Source: Gemmatimonas sp. (GTDB lineage Bacteria; Gemmatimonadota; Gemmatimonadetes; Gemmatimonadales; Gemmatimonadaceae). From it: DNA of 64,000 nucleotides. Of the stretch, positions 40,801-50,044 are shown one piece after another. Positions within the stretch are counted from its first letter, which is position 1. Each line of letters begins with the position of its first letter. The translations under genes and the position numbers were made by a program. The stretch covers positions 4,416,001-4,480,000 of the forward strand of contig OZ257156.1 in the NCBI GenBank assembly GCA_965279375.1, written 5' to 3'. A model generated the notes under the pieces. That model made no database searches and was not told the origin of the DNA. It was given only the letters and a program-made list of their open reading frames with translations.

Positions 40801-41649
40801 CGGGCCCGACGCTGATCCACCAAGCGACATCGCGGTGAACTGCTGGCCCGTCGCGATACCGGCCTTGTCCACCCACTGCAGCTGCGGCGCGTTGAGGTTG
40901 GAGCTCAACGAACGGTTCATGAAGTTCGAGCCGGATCGCGTGCGCACCTGCAGCTGGCCGCCGGAGAAGCCGCCGCGCGAGACATCGTACGGCGATGTGC
41001 TGAGCGAGGTGGTCACGGCGGCATCACGCGGCACGGAGGCATCGCCGAACTGCAGGCCGTTGAGCTGCGTGTTGTTCTGATCGCCGCCGAGTCCGAACAC
41101 CGAGAAGGCATCTGCGGCGCCATCCGCGCCGGGCAGCAGTTGCACACCCGGAATCGAGGCGGCCATCGCGGCGAGATCGCCCATCTGATCGGCCGTGAGG
41201 AAGCCCGGATCCGCGGCGACACTCTTTTCGTTGCCGCTCACGTCCGACACCGTGTCGGTTCGCGACACCGCGGCGCGTTCAGTGATCTGGAAGCTCTCGA
41301 GCGTGACGGCCGAGGGCGAGAGTCGCGCGTCGGCGATCAGGATTTCCTGATCAGCCGTGCGCTTGACCTGATAGCGCCGCAGCGAGAAGCCGACCGAGGC
41401 AAACGTCACCCAGTAGTCGCCTTCGCCACCGGGGAATGAGATCGTGTAGCGCCCGTTCTTGTCGGTGCGCACCGTACGACTCACGTTGCCCGAAAGCGTC
41501 GTGGCCGTGACGATCACGTTCTGAATAGGAAGCGTGTCTGGCCCCATCACCCGACCACGGATGATGTCGACTGCCTGGGCGGACAACGGAGCGCTGCCGA
41601 CTGACAACAGCAACGCGGCGACCGCGGAGAGGATGCGAAGAATTTTCAC
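37891..41649 (-). CDS. Large TonB-dependent receptor-like (Oar-type) outer-membrane protein
   Basis: Signal peptide from GTG at 41649; carboxypeptidase-regulatory-like N-domain (IRGRV...RTDKNGRY); YDVSRGGFSGG, TRSGSN, YGLRLD, SPRLGFSW. Confidence 0.85.
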   Translation of the reverse strand: MKILRILSAVAALLLSVGSAPLSAQAVDIIRGRVMGPDTLPIQNVIVTATTLSGNVSRTVRTDKNGRYTISFPGGEGDYWVTFASVGFSLRRYQVKRTADQEILIADARLSPSAVTLESFQITERAAVSRTDTVSDVSGNEKSVAADPGFLTADQMGDLAAMAASIPGVQLLPGADGAADAFSVFGLGGDQNNTQLNGLQFGDASVPRDAAVTTSLSTSPYDVSRGGFSGGQLQVRTRSGSNFMNRSLSSNLNAPQLQWVDKAGIATGQQFTAMSLGGSASGPIKPDQAFYNTSFQYDRRLNDLQTLLNSSDLGFTTVGIAPDSVARLLSILGTQKVPFNVDGFPSQRANDRGSFLGSFDFVQPNSSRGNTFTMTLTGNVNRNSPTGGGFTGGGFGGGGASLATPSRSGTTLNYSIGGQLRHSGLLGIGGVFTETNVGYNVGSQNSDPFYLLPAGSVRVNSVLADGSQSVSSLSFGGSPFLTNSSNSTVSGANTLSWFSKDNRHRVKFTTELRRDAYSQDLTNNQFGTFTYNSLTELESGVPASYTRQLTPRVRDGSQLVGAVSLGDAWRPTSDLQVQYGLRLDGNKYLNGPVANSAVDAAFKQNNTDVPSRAYLSPRLGFSWTYGQADQVALLPGMVRAPRAVIRGGVGVFQNTPGTQLIGGAIDNTGLPSGVQQLTCVGTAAPVANWSQYIVNQSSIPGTCADGTSGTVFANSTPNVTLFSPDYAAQRSLRSNLQWSGAILKNRFSATVDATWSRNQHQSSNIDLNFPGTLRFNLADEGNRPVYVAPSAIVSTTGQIAWRDSRVVSAFGRVTQNRSDISSESKQLTFSLRPIAFNSQLSWSLSYVLADVREQYTGFNSTVSDPRSLEWSRSSFSRHQLQYSLGYNFFNTVRVSWNGNIRSGTAYTPLISGDVNGDSYGNDRAFVFDPAKTTDPLVAAGMQNLLTSGTRETQDCLRSQLGQLATRNSCTGPWTMSGNLNISFNSLNIGLPQRANLTLQVANALGGLDRIVNGQNLKGWGQFISPPQQLLFVRGFDPTTNKFRYEVNQRFGSTRPAQNAIRSPVSITALVRFDIGPTRERQQLIQQLDRGRTRPGTKPTLQALRGAGNIGLINPMQQIMQQADTLKLTRRQADSLAVLNRKYVLKSDSIWAPVAKLLADLPERYSHDLAYDRYIDAREQTVDMLINFAPDLKKLLTPAQYRILPTQVAGFLDKRTLKGIRSGTAGGGGGGGGGFGGGGGGGGGGGGGGRGGR

Positions 41650-41965
41650 GAATGTTTTGGACGATGTCACAACCAGCTCGTTAGGGCGCCGCTTCTCTTC
41701 GCCAGGCATCAATTGCCATGCGAATCGGCATCGTATTCAGACAACGCACATGCCCCGGAAATCGCTGAGAACAAGTGAGTTAGCTCGTTTTCGGGAGAGC
41801 TCACCCCGAACGAAGTCCACGGCGCGCCCGAAGAGTTCCCATCAACGGCACAACGGCGGCACGAACGCCGAGTTACAGCCGATTCAGCGCCGTCGGGCGG
41901 TGGCGAGATCCCGGCGGCAATGGTAAGACGCTGCCGACGGTCCGCAGCGTTGCTATCTTGGCCGC

Positions 41966-43249
41966 ATGGAAATTCTCCGCGATCCGCTGTGGAATAACAT
42001 CCGACTGGACCCGCTCGCCCTGGCGTTGCTGGACACGCCGGTCGTGCAGCGACTGCGATACGTCCGGCAGTTAGGGCTCGCGTTTCTGGTGTATCCCGGG
42101 GCGACCCACTCGCGCTTCGAACATGCGCTGGGCGCCTACCATCTCGCCGGCGTGGCCTTGCGACTGCTCGACGAGCGCGGCGGGCTGGCCGGAACGACCT
42201 CGCACCAGCAGCAGATCGTGCGCGCGGCCGCCCTGTTGCACGATGTGGGGCACTACCCGTTCTCGCACGCGCTCGAAGAGATCGGCGTGACGCACCATGA
42301 AGAAGTCGCACGCCCGCTCATCCTGCAGGGGCCGGTCGCGGAGGCGTTGATCGCCGCCCTGGGCCCTGATGCACCGGCCAATGTCTTCGCGCTGATCACC
42401 GGTCGCAGCGAGAGCCCGCTGCAGGGGCTCATCTCGGGATCCATCGATCTCGACAAGGTGGAGTATCTCAAGCGCGATGCGGCAATGTGCGGTGTGCCGT
42501 ATGGCGAGATCGACGTGGACCGACTGCTCAATTCACTCGTTCTGCTGCCGCATCCAGCACACGGCGCGCCCACCGTCGGCGTGCACGAGAAGGGGCTATC
42601 CGCGCTCGAGTCGTTGCTCTTCGCCAAGTATCAGATGTACCGCAACGTGTATTGGCATCACGCCGTGCGAAGCGCGACCGCGATGTACAAGCGGTTGGTC
42701 GCTGTCGCACTCGAAGCGCAGGCCGTTCGCGCCGACGCCGTCGCGCGTTTCACCGACGAAGGACTGCTCGTTCATCTCGAAGCGGCCACGTTGCCATCCG
42801 ATGCGGCGGCCATGCTCGCCGGATTGCGGGGGCGACGGTTGCACAAGCGTGCGTACGAGTGTCCGGCCGCCACGCTGGGCGAGGACGTGGGCGAGTGGAT
42901 CGCCAGCGACTATGCACTCACGCGCCGCGCGGAAGATGCCCTCGCTTCGGAACTGGGGCTCAGGGCCGGCGAACTGCTGCTCGACTACCCGGCCAAGACA
43001 CAGATGCTTGGCCTCGAGCTCCCGATGTTGCGACGCGATGGGCGCGTGGAGCAGCTCACGGCGGCCGGACGCGAGGGCGACATCAACCTGCCCCGACTGA
43101 GCGACGAGCTTTATCGCAGTGCGCGTCGGCTACGCGTGTTCACCGCCAACCGCGTCGCCGTACCGGAGTCTCGTGTGCTCGCCGCGCTCACGCTCGACGC
43201 GCAGGTTGTGCGTGAACGACTCGACTCGAAGCGCCCCTTGCTCGACTAG
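41966..43249 (+). CDS. HD-domain phosphohydrolase (SAMHD1/dNTPase-like)
   Basis: QRLRYVRQLG, ATHSRFEHALG, LLHDVGHYPFSH, DLDKVEYLKRD, MYRNVYWH. Confidence 0.92.
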   Translation: MEILRDPLWNNIRLDPLALALLDTPVVQRLRYVRQLGLAFLVYPGATHSRFEHALGAYHLAGVALRLLDERGGLAGTTSHQQQIVRAAALLHDVGHYPFSHALEEIGVTHHEEVARPLILQGPVAEALIAALGPDAPANVFALITGRSESPLQGLISGSIDLDKVEYLKRDAAMCGVPYGEIDVDRLLNSLVLLPHPAHGAPTVGVHEKGLSALESLLFAKYQMYRNVYWHHAVRSATAMYKRLVAVALEAQAVRADAVARFTDEGLLVHLEAATLPSDAAAMLAGLRGRRLHKRAYECPAATLGEDVGEWIASDYALTRRAEDALASELGLRAGELLLDYPAKTQMLGLELPMLRRDGRVEQLTAAGREGDINLPRLSDELYRSARRLRVFTANRVAVPESRVLAALTLDAQVVRERLDSKRPLLD

Positions 43250-43266
43250 TCCCGGGCAACGCAGCG

Positions 43267-43947
43267 TTATTTCGCTTCGCCCCGCTCACACGCCACACGT
43301 CCCGCGCGAGCGGCTTCGAGCAGCTCCACCGCTTCGGTGGTGATGGCGACACCGCGGTTGCGCGCATAGAAGGCGCGAATACCGGCGTGCAGCGAGTCGC
43401 TACTCACCGTGCCCCGCACGCCGTGCGCCCAGTGCCGGATCTCCCTGGGCAGTTCGACGATGCAGCCGCGGTCGGCGCCGCTGGCGTCTAGAAGCACGAT
43501 CGTTGGCGTGGCAGTCCGTCCGTCCATCGACCGATGCGATTCCTGCACCGCGCGCCCCGGCGTCGGCAGCACGATGCGCAGTTCGAGTCCCGGCACCAAC
43601 TCGGCGAGCTTTGCGAGATACGGCACCGAGTTCATCGAATCGCCGCACGCGTCGATCGCGATGACGAGAAACTTCCACTGTCCGCCCACAGCCTTGGCCC
43701 GCGCAAGCAACTCCGGCGCGACCTGCGCGCTGTCGGCCATGCGCAGCCATCCCTCGCGACGGGCCTTCGCGGCCGCGAGGAAATCGCCGAACGGCTGACC
43801 GGTATTGAAGAGTGCGAGCGAGGCGCTGTCGGCGACGACGCGCTGAAACGTGGCGGGCGCCACGACGCATCGCAGCGGGCGCACGGGCGATGCCACGGTG
43901 GTCGACGGGAGCAGTGCCGCGAGCACCAGCGAGAGCGACAGTGTCAT
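43267..43947 (-). CDS. Thioredoxin-family protein (CxxS), predicted exported
   Basis: GGAG RBS; signal peptide; DACGDS, TATPTIVLLD. Confidence 0.8.
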   Translation of the reverse strand: MTLSLSLVLAALLPSTTVASPVRPLRCVVAPATFQRVVADSASLALFNTGQPFGDFLAAAKARREGWLRMADSAQVAPELLARAKAVGGQWKFLVIAIDACGDSMNSVPYLAKLAELVPGLELRIVLPTPGRAVQESHRSMDGRTATPTIVLLDASGADRGCIVELPREIRHWAHGVRGTVSSDSLHAGIRAFYARNRGVAITTEAVELLEAARAGRVACERGEAK

Positions 43948-43950
43948 GAC

Positions 43951-44157
43951 TTACTCCTTGGATCGTCCGTGGGCTTCGGCGAGTTTGCGTCCAATGGCGC
44001 GATAGAAAGCGGCGTCGAGCGGCTTCTCTTCCTCTGCGAGCGACAGCGCGCACCGTTCGAGCGCGTACAGGATATTGCCGAGGTACAGCTCGGCGATCGC
44101 ACCGACCGAATCTGCGGGCCCTGAGCTGGCGGGCCCGGACGGCGGAGCGTCAGCCAC
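43951..44157 (-). CDS. Small hypothetical helical protein (68 aa)
   Basis: GTG start overlaps the PP2C 3' end; fills the gap to the thioredoxin gene. Confidence 0.6.
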   Translation of the reverse strand: MADAPPSGPASSGPADSVGAIAELYLGNILYALERCALSLAEEEKPLDAAFYRAIGRKLAEAHGRSKE

Positions 44158-44938
44158 GCGAGACAGCAGCCGTCTCGCCGGTCGTGCCGGTCAGGCCGCT
44201 GTGCACCTGCTGCACCTGCACGACGATGGCCGTGATGTTGTCCAACCCACCGCGACGGTTCGCTTCGGTGATCATGGCATCGACCATACGGCCTGGCGTT
44301 CCACGCGTCTCCAGAATCTTCTTGAGCTGCGGATCCTCGACCATGCCGGTGAGACCGTCGGAGGCGATGATGTAGAGGTCGCCATTCTTGAGCTCACCGG
44401 TGAGCACGTCCGCCTCGACCGCCGCGTTGGCCCCGACACAACGCGTGATGACGTTGCTGTACGGATGGTAGCGCGCCTGCTCCGGCGTGAGGAAGCCGGC
44501 GTCCACCTGCTCCTGCACGTACGAGTGGTCTTTCGTGACCTGGCGGAACACACCGTCGCGCAGCAGGTAGATGCGGGAGTCGCCGATGTGGCCTACGATC
44601 CACCGGCCGCCGCCCATCATGATGCAGGAGGCGGTGGTGCCCATCCCCTGCTTGTCCGCCTCGACGATGGTGCGCTCGTAGATGGCCCGATTGGCGGCCT
44701 TGAGCGCGTCTGCCATGCGTGTGAGGGGATCTGTCCCGCCCAGATCACGGACCGTCGTCAGCTCGCGCGCGACGATCTGCACCGCCATCTCGCTGGCTAC
44801 CTCTCCCGCAGCGTGACCGCCCATACCGTCAGCGACGATGAACAGTCCGCGTTCCTGATCCGCGTCCGCGTAGAGGCTGTCCTCGTTGCCTGCGCGGATG
44901 CGCCCGACGTCAGTGCCGGCGGCGACCGAAAGCTGCAC
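44150..44938 (-). CDS. PP2C-type Ser/Thr phosphatase (Stp1/PrpC family)
   Basis: TDVGRIRAGNEDS, VADGMGGH, GMGTT, HIGDSRIY, TKDHS, SDGL, GGLDNIT. Confidence 0.95.
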   Translation of the reverse strand: MQLSVAAGTDVGRIRAGNEDSLYADADQERGLFIVADGMGGHAAGEVASEMAVQIVARELTTVRDLGGTDPLTRMADALKAANRAIYERTIVEADKQGMGTTASCIMMGGGRWIVGHIGDSRIYLLRDGVFRQVTKDHSYVQEQVDAGFLTPEQARYHPYSNVITRCVGANAAVEADVLTGELKNGDLYIIASDGLTGMVEDPQLKKILETRGTPGRMVDAMITEANRRGGLDNITAIVVQVQQVHSGLTGTTGETAAVSRG

Positions 44939-44993
44939 GATGGTTGGGAGAGGCTCGGAACAGAGAGGGATGCTGTATACGGGAACGACGAAG

Positions 44994-46925
44994 CTACCCG
45001 GGAGTTGCGCCCGTTGGCAAGCGGAGCGACGCGTCCAATGGCGACAAGTCCGCCGTGTGGGGCTGATTTTCCGTTTCATTCCCGGCATCACCGCCCTGCA
45101 GTCGGTACAGCCGCTCGTACAGGCCGCGCCGCGCCACGAGCGCACGATGCGTACCGCGTTCCACCACTTCGCCGTGATGCAGCACCAGGATCTGGTCTGC
45201 CTCGAGAATGGTGCTCAGTCGATGTGCGATCGCAATCGTCGTGCGCCCGCGCATCAGTTCCGCGACCGCAGCCTGAATGACGGCTTCGATCTCCGAGTCC
45301 ACCGCACTCGTGGCCTCGTCGAGCACGAGCAGCGCAGGGTCTGCCGCGATCGCGCGCGCAAACGAAAGCAGTTGTCGTTCACCGACGCTGACGCCGAGTC
45401 CACGCTCGGCGAGTTCGTGCCGCCAGCCGCCCGGCAGTCGGCGAATGACCCGATCGGCCCCCACCCGTGATGCCGCGCGTTCGAGCGCCGCATCGTCGAG
45501 TGGTGCATCGAGCCGGATGTTGGATGCCACGTCGCCCGCGAACAGAAAAATGTCCTGCTGCACGTAGCCGATCAGCGCGCGCAACACGTCGACCGGCAGG
45601 TCACGAATGTCCGTGCCATTGACGGTGATTCGCCCACGCTGCGGCTCGTAGAAACGCAGCAGCAAACTGACGATCGTCGTCTTCCCCGCCCCGGTATGCC
45701 CGACCAGCGCGATGGTCTCGCCGGGACGCACCGTGAAGCTGACACCACGCAGCACCCAGGCCGACGCGGCCACCGACGTCGCGCTGACATGCATGTTGAC
45801 GTCCTCGCTCACGCCACCTTCGGCGCCGTACGCGAACCAGACATCGTCGAAGCTGATCGTCACGCCTTGTGCGCGGAGCGCGGCCACGCGTGTTGCCTGG
45901 TCCGCGGTCGGGTCGAGCCCCGGCGCTTCGGGGGTGTCGAGCATGCCGAAGATGCGTTCCGACGCCGCCATCGCCGCCTGCAGGATGTTGTACTTCTCCG
46001 ACAGATCCTGGAGCGGCTGGAAGAAGCGCCGAACCAATTGCAGGAACGCCGCCACGGTGCCCACGCTCAGCGCACCGCTGCCGACGCGGAGTCCGCCAGC
46101 GACCAGCAGCGCCGCCAACGCGAACGTCGTCAGGAACTCGATGATCGGGAAATACAGCGCGTAGATCTTCACCGACTTGAGATGCGCGTCGAGATGCGCC
46201 GCATTGAGTCCGGCGAAGCGCTCCAGCTCGTCGCGCTCGCGCCCGAACAGTTGCACGATACGCACCCCGGCCAAGCGCTCCTGCAAGAACGCGTTCAACC
46301 CTGCCAGGCGCGTGCGAATGTCACGATAGCTGTTGCGCACGGAGGCTTGAAACAGGCGAGACGCGAGCAGAATGAACGGAATGACCGCGAAGGACGCGAG
46401 CGCCAACCGCCAGTCCACCACGAGCATCACGACGCTGATCGCGAAGAGCGTGAACAGGTCGCCAAGTCCGGCCACGACCCCTGAGGTGAAGAGCTCGTTG
46501 AGCGCTTCCACGTCGCTGGTGACACGAGTGACCAATCGCCCGATGGGCGTCCGGTCGAAGTAGGCGATGGGCAGCCGCTGCAGCCGCGCAAAGAGCTCGC
46601 CGCGCAGGTCGCGCATGACGCGCTGACCGAGGAGGTTGGTGAAGATCGTCTCACCGTAGGCGGCGGCGAACTGCACCGCGAGCAGTACCGTGTAGGCGAG
46701 CGCCACCGTGACGATCAGCGAGGCGTCCTTGGCGGGGAGCGCACGGTCGATGACCCACCGCGTGAGCAGCGGACCGACCAGCTGCATCCCGGACTCGATG
46801 GCGATCAGCACCAGCGCCCCCGCCACGAGCGGGCGGTACGGGCGCACGTAGTGCAGGAGCCGGCGCACAAGGCGGGCGTCGTACGCCTTGCCCAGCGCCT
46901 CGTCGTCAGAAGAAGGAGCAGCCAT
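44994..46925 (-). CDS. ABC exporter, fused TMD-NBD (MdlB/MsbA-like)
   Basis: TM domain; GHTGAGKTT, SVGERQ, LDEATS, IAHRLST. Confidence 0.94.
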   Translation of the reverse strand: MAAPSSDDEALGKAYDARLVRRLLHYVRPYRPLVAGALVLIAIESGMQLVGPLLTRWVIDRALPAKDASLIVTVALAYTVLLAVQFAAAYGETIFTNLLGQRVMRDLRGELFARLQRLPIAYFDRTPIGRLVTRVTSDVEALNELFTSGVVAGLGDLFTLFAISVVMLVVDWRLALASFAVIPFILLASRLFQASVRNSYRDIRTRLAGLNAFLQERLAGVRIVQLFGRERDELERFAGLNAAHLDAHLKSVKIYALYFPIIEFLTTFALAALLVAGGLRVGSGALSVGTVAAFLQLVRRFFQPLQDLSEKYNILQAAMAASERIFGMLDTPEAPGLDPTADQATRVAALRAQGVTISFDDVWFAYGAEGGVSEDVNMHVSATSVAASAWVLRGVSFTVRPGETIALVGHTGAGKTTIVSLLLRFYEPQRGRITVNGTDIRDLPVDVLRALIGYVQQDIFLFAGDVASNIRLDAPLDDAALERAASRVGADRVIRRLPGGWRHELAERGLGVSVGERQLLSFARAIAADPALLVLDEATSAVDSEIEAVIQAAVAELMRGRTTIAIAHRLSTILEADQILVLHHGEVVERGTHRALVARRGLYERLYRLQGGDAGNETENQPHTADLSPLDASLRLPTGATPG

Positions 46926-46966
46926 TCGGCCGGAATCTAAACGGCGCGCCGGATAGTTTTCCTGTC

Positions 46967-49807
46967 ATGAAGGAACGCATCCGCATTCTGGGCGCCCGCC
47001 AGCATAATCTGAAGGGCTTCGATCTCGACATTCCCCGCCGGGCCATCACCGTGGTCACCGGCGTGTCGGGGTCGGGCAAGTCATCGCTGGCGTTCGATAC
47101 GCTGTACGCCGAAGGACAGCGCCGCTATGTCGAGTCGCTGTCGGCGTACGCGCGCCAGTTTCTCGAGCGCATGGAAAAGCCGCTCGTCGATTCCATCGAG
47201 GGAATCTCGCCGGCCGTCGCGATCGAGCAGAAGAACCCCACCCGCACCTCGCGCTCCACGGTGGGTACCGCGACCGAGATTTACGACTACCTGCGACTGC
47301 TCTGGGCGCGGGTGGGTCGCACGTACTGTCGTGTGTGCGGACGCGAGCTTCGTCCCGACACCGTGCAGTCAGTCACCGACGCCGCACTCACGCTGCCGAC
47401 GGGAACGCGCTTTGCCGTGGCCTGTCCGCTCATTCGTTCCAAAGCGGTCAAGCACGCCGTCATCGACGAGAACCTGCGGGCCCGTGGCTTCGTGCGGGTA
47501 GCGGTAGCTGAACGGTTGCTCCACCTCGACGATCTGGCGAGTGAAGGGATCGACCTCGCGACGGCGCCTGATGTGCTCATCGTGATCGACCGGCTGGTGA
47601 TCGATCCGGAGGCGCGCGGCCGCATCGCTGACGCCATCCAGGTGGCATTCACCGAAGGCGATGGCGATGCGGTGCTGCTTTTTCCGTCGCCGGTTCTTCC
47701 ACCGGAAGCACTGCGCAACACGCAGGCCACCGGCGAAGTCACACGGCTCATGTTCACCGAGCGCTTCGAGTGCCCCAACGATGGTACGCGTGCGCCGCTC
47801 CCCACGCCGCAGCTCTTTTCGTTCAACAATCCCCGTGGTGCCTGCGCGACGTGCAATGGCTTTGGCGCAACGCTCACATATGATGAATCGCTGATCGTTC
47901 CCAACCACGACCGTAGTGTTCGCGACGGCGCGATCGATCCGTGGACCGCGCCGCGCTACGAAAAGGAACGTCGCACCGTCGTGGAGTTCGCGCGCAGCAT
48001 CGGTGTCTCTCCGGACACGCCGTGGAAGTCGATTCCGGCCAAGGCGCGCGAACAGTTCCTGCGTACCAAGTCGCGCGCATACACGGGCATCTTTCCCTTT
48101 CTCGAGAATCTCGAGGACAAGAAGTACAAGCAGTACATCCGCATCTTCCTGCGCAAATACCAGGGAGCCAAGACCTGTCCCGACTGCGGCGGCACCAAGC
48201 TGCAGCCCGATGCCCTGCAGGTGAAAATCGCCGGCCGCACCATCGCGGAGATCGCGCAGCTTCCCGTGCGTGATCTGGTCACGTGGATCGATTCGCTCGC
48301 ACTGAACACATCCGAAACGCAGATCGCCGAGGCCGTGCTTCGCGAAGCACGTTCGCGCACGCGCTTTCTCGCCGACGTTGGGCTCACGTACCTCACCCTC
48401 GATCGTGCCACGCGCACCCTCTCGGGCGGTGAAGCGCAGCGCATCACGCTTTCCAACGCGTTGGGCGCCGCACTCGTGGATGCCACCTACGTGCTCGACG
48501 AGCCGAGCATCGGGCTCCATCCGCGCGACCTCGACAAGCTGCTCTCGCTGCTCAAACGGCTGCGCGATTTCGGCAATACGGTTGTCATGGTGGAGCACGA
48601 TCTCGAAGCGATGCGCATCGCCGACTACATGGTGGAGCTCGGACCGGGCGCCGGTGAGCATGGCGGGCACCTCGTCTTTGCCGGCCCGATGTCCGACGTC
48701 GCCAACAGCCCTCTCACGGGCCAATACATCCTCGGCACGCGCAGCATTCCGCTACCGGTCAAGCGGCGCACGCTCGGCAAGAAGTGGATCGAGCTACGTG
48801 GTGCAGAAGCCAACAACGTGCACGGCGTGGACGTGCGTATTCCCGTCGGCGCGCTCACCGTGGTCACCGGTGTGTCGGGCAGCGGCAAGAGCACGCTCGT
48901 GCACGACATTCTCTTTCATGCCATCGAGAAACGACTCCACGGCGAGCACTCAGCCAAGGAGCATCTGGGCGAGACCGTCGGCGGATTCGCCTCTCTGTCG
49001 GGCGATGAGTTTTTTGATGACGTCGTGCTGGTGGACCAGACGCCAATCGGTCGTTCACCGCGCTCGAATCCGGTGACGTACGTGAAGGCCTACGACGAGA
49101 TTCGTGCGCTCTTTGCCGAGGTGCCGTTGGCGAAAACGCGCGGCTACGGTCCCGGCCATTTTTCGTTCAACGTCGCCGGAGGTCGCTGCGAAACGTGCGA
49201 AGGTGCCGGCGCGCTGGAAGTGGAAATGGTCTTCATGGCCGACGTGTTCGTGCCGTGTGACGCCTGCGGCGGCAAGCGCTTCAAGTCCGACGTGCTGGAA
49301 GTGCGCGTGAAGGGGCGCAGCATCGCCGACGTGCTCGAACTCACGGTCGATGAAGCGATCAAGTTCTTCCCACGGGAAGACAAGCTGGCACAGGCACTCT
49401 GGCACGTGCAGCAGGTCGGGCTGGGCTACCTGCGGCTCGGTCAGCCGGCCACGACGTTGTCGGGCGGAGAGGCGCAGCGACTGAAGATCGCGCGCGAGCT
49501 GGCGCTCACCGCCAAGGGCGCCGCGCGCAAACTGTACGTGCTCGACGAGCCGACCACCGGATTGCACCTGGAAGACATCCGTCGGCTCGCGACCGTCTTC
49601 GATCGCCTGCTCGACCAGGGGCACACGCTCCTGCTCATCGAACACAATCTCGACGTGATCAAGCTGGCGGACTGGATCGTCGACATGGGGCCGGACGGCG
49701 GCGATGGCGGCGGACGGGTCGTCGCCATGGGACGGCCGGAAGAGATCGTCACGGTGGAGGCCTCCCACACAGGCCGTTGGCTCAAGACGGTGCTGCCAAG
49801 CGCTTGA
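46967..49807 (+). CDS. uvrA: Excinuclease ABC subunit UvrA
   Basis: GARQHNLK, two GVSGSGKS, two LSGGEAQR, zinc fingers, FSFN. Confidence 0.97.
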   Translation: MKERIRILGARQHNLKGFDLDIPRRAITVVTGVSGSGKSSLAFDTLYAEGQRRYVESLSAYARQFLERMEKPLVDSIEGISPAVAIEQKNPTRTSRSTVGTATEIYDYLRLLWARVGRTYCRVCGRELRPDTVQSVTDAALTLPTGTRFAVACPLIRSKAVKHAVIDENLRARGFVRVAVAERLLHLDDLASEGIDLATAPDVLIVIDRLVIDPEARGRIADAIQVAFTEGDGDAVLLFPSPVLPPEALRNTQATGEVTRLMFTERFECPNDGTRAPLPTPQLFSFNNPRGACATCNGFGATLTYDESLIVPNHDRSVRDGAIDPWTAPRYEKERRTVVEFARSIGVSPDTPWKSIPAKAREQFLRTKSRAYTGIFPFLENLEDKKYKQYIRIFLRKYQGAKTCPDCGGTKLQPDALQVKIAGRTIAEIAQLPVRDLVTWIDSLALNTSETQIAEAVLREARSRTRFLADVGLTYLTLDRATRTLSGGEAQRITLSNALGAALVDATYVLDEPSIGLHPRDLDKLLSLLKRLRDFGNTVVMVEHDLEAMRIADYMVELGPGAGEHGGHLVFAGPMSDVANSPLTGQYILGTRSIPLPVKRRTLGKKWIELRGAEANNVHGVDVRIPVGALTVVTGVSGSGKSTLVHDILFHAIEKRLHGEHSAKEHLGETVGGFASLSGDEFFDDVVLVDQTPIGRSPRSNPVTYVKAYDEIRALFAEVPLAKTRGYGPGHFSFNVAGGRCETCEGAGALEVEMVFMADVFVPCDACGGKRFKSDVLEVRVKGRSIADVLELTVDEAIKFFPREDKLAQALWHVQQVGLGYLRLGQPATTLSGGEAQRLKIARELALTAKGAARKLYVLDEPTTGLHLEDIRRLATVFDRLLDQGHTLLLIEHNLDVIKLADWIVDMGPDGGDGGGRVVAMGRPEEIVTVEASHTGRWLKTVLPSA

Positions 49808-49832
49808 CTCGGCTACGTGACCGGACGATACT
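49804..49832 (+). promoter_or_regulatory. Sigma70-like promoter for tRNA-Asn
   Basis: TTGACT-17 nt-GATACT, ending 23 nt upstream of the tRNA. Confidence 0.55.
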
Positions 49833-49855
49833 GTACGACTGCACCACAGTTGTAT

Positions 49856-49928
49856 TCCCGGATAGCTCAGGTGGTAGAGCAGGTGACTGTTAATCACCCT
49901 GTCGTAGGTTCGAGTCCTACTCCGGGAG
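49856..49928 (+). tRNA. tRNA-Asn (GTT)
   Basis: TCCCGGATAGCTCAGGTGGTAGAGCAGGTGACT-GTT-AATCACCCTGTCGTAGGTTCGAGTCCTACTCCGGGAG forms a cloverleaf; CCA not encoded. Confidence 0.97.
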
Positions 49929-49942
49929 CTTCGGTAGTCGTG

Positions 49943-49982
49943 AAAGGCGGCCATCACGAAAGTGGTGGCCGCTTTGCTTTTT
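49943..49982 (+). terminator. Intrinsic terminator after tRNA-Asn
   Basis: GGCGGCCATCAC-GAAA-GTGGTGGCCGCT stem with a GNRA loop, then TTGCTTTTT. Confidence 0.85.
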
Positions 49983-50044
49983 GTCGTTGGGAAGTTTGGA
50001 GCGAGCGAAGTGGTTCGCCGATGAGTTGTCGCCTTGGAGTCACC

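Noticed and set aside
41966..43249. HD dNTPase-like gene as an antiphage nucleotide-depletion system
   Set aside because: Housekeeping context, normal composition and no defence or mobility genes nearby
49817..50044. 5' part of ORF 49817-50485
   Set aside because: Runs through tRNA-Asn and its terminator, so it is unlikely to be coding
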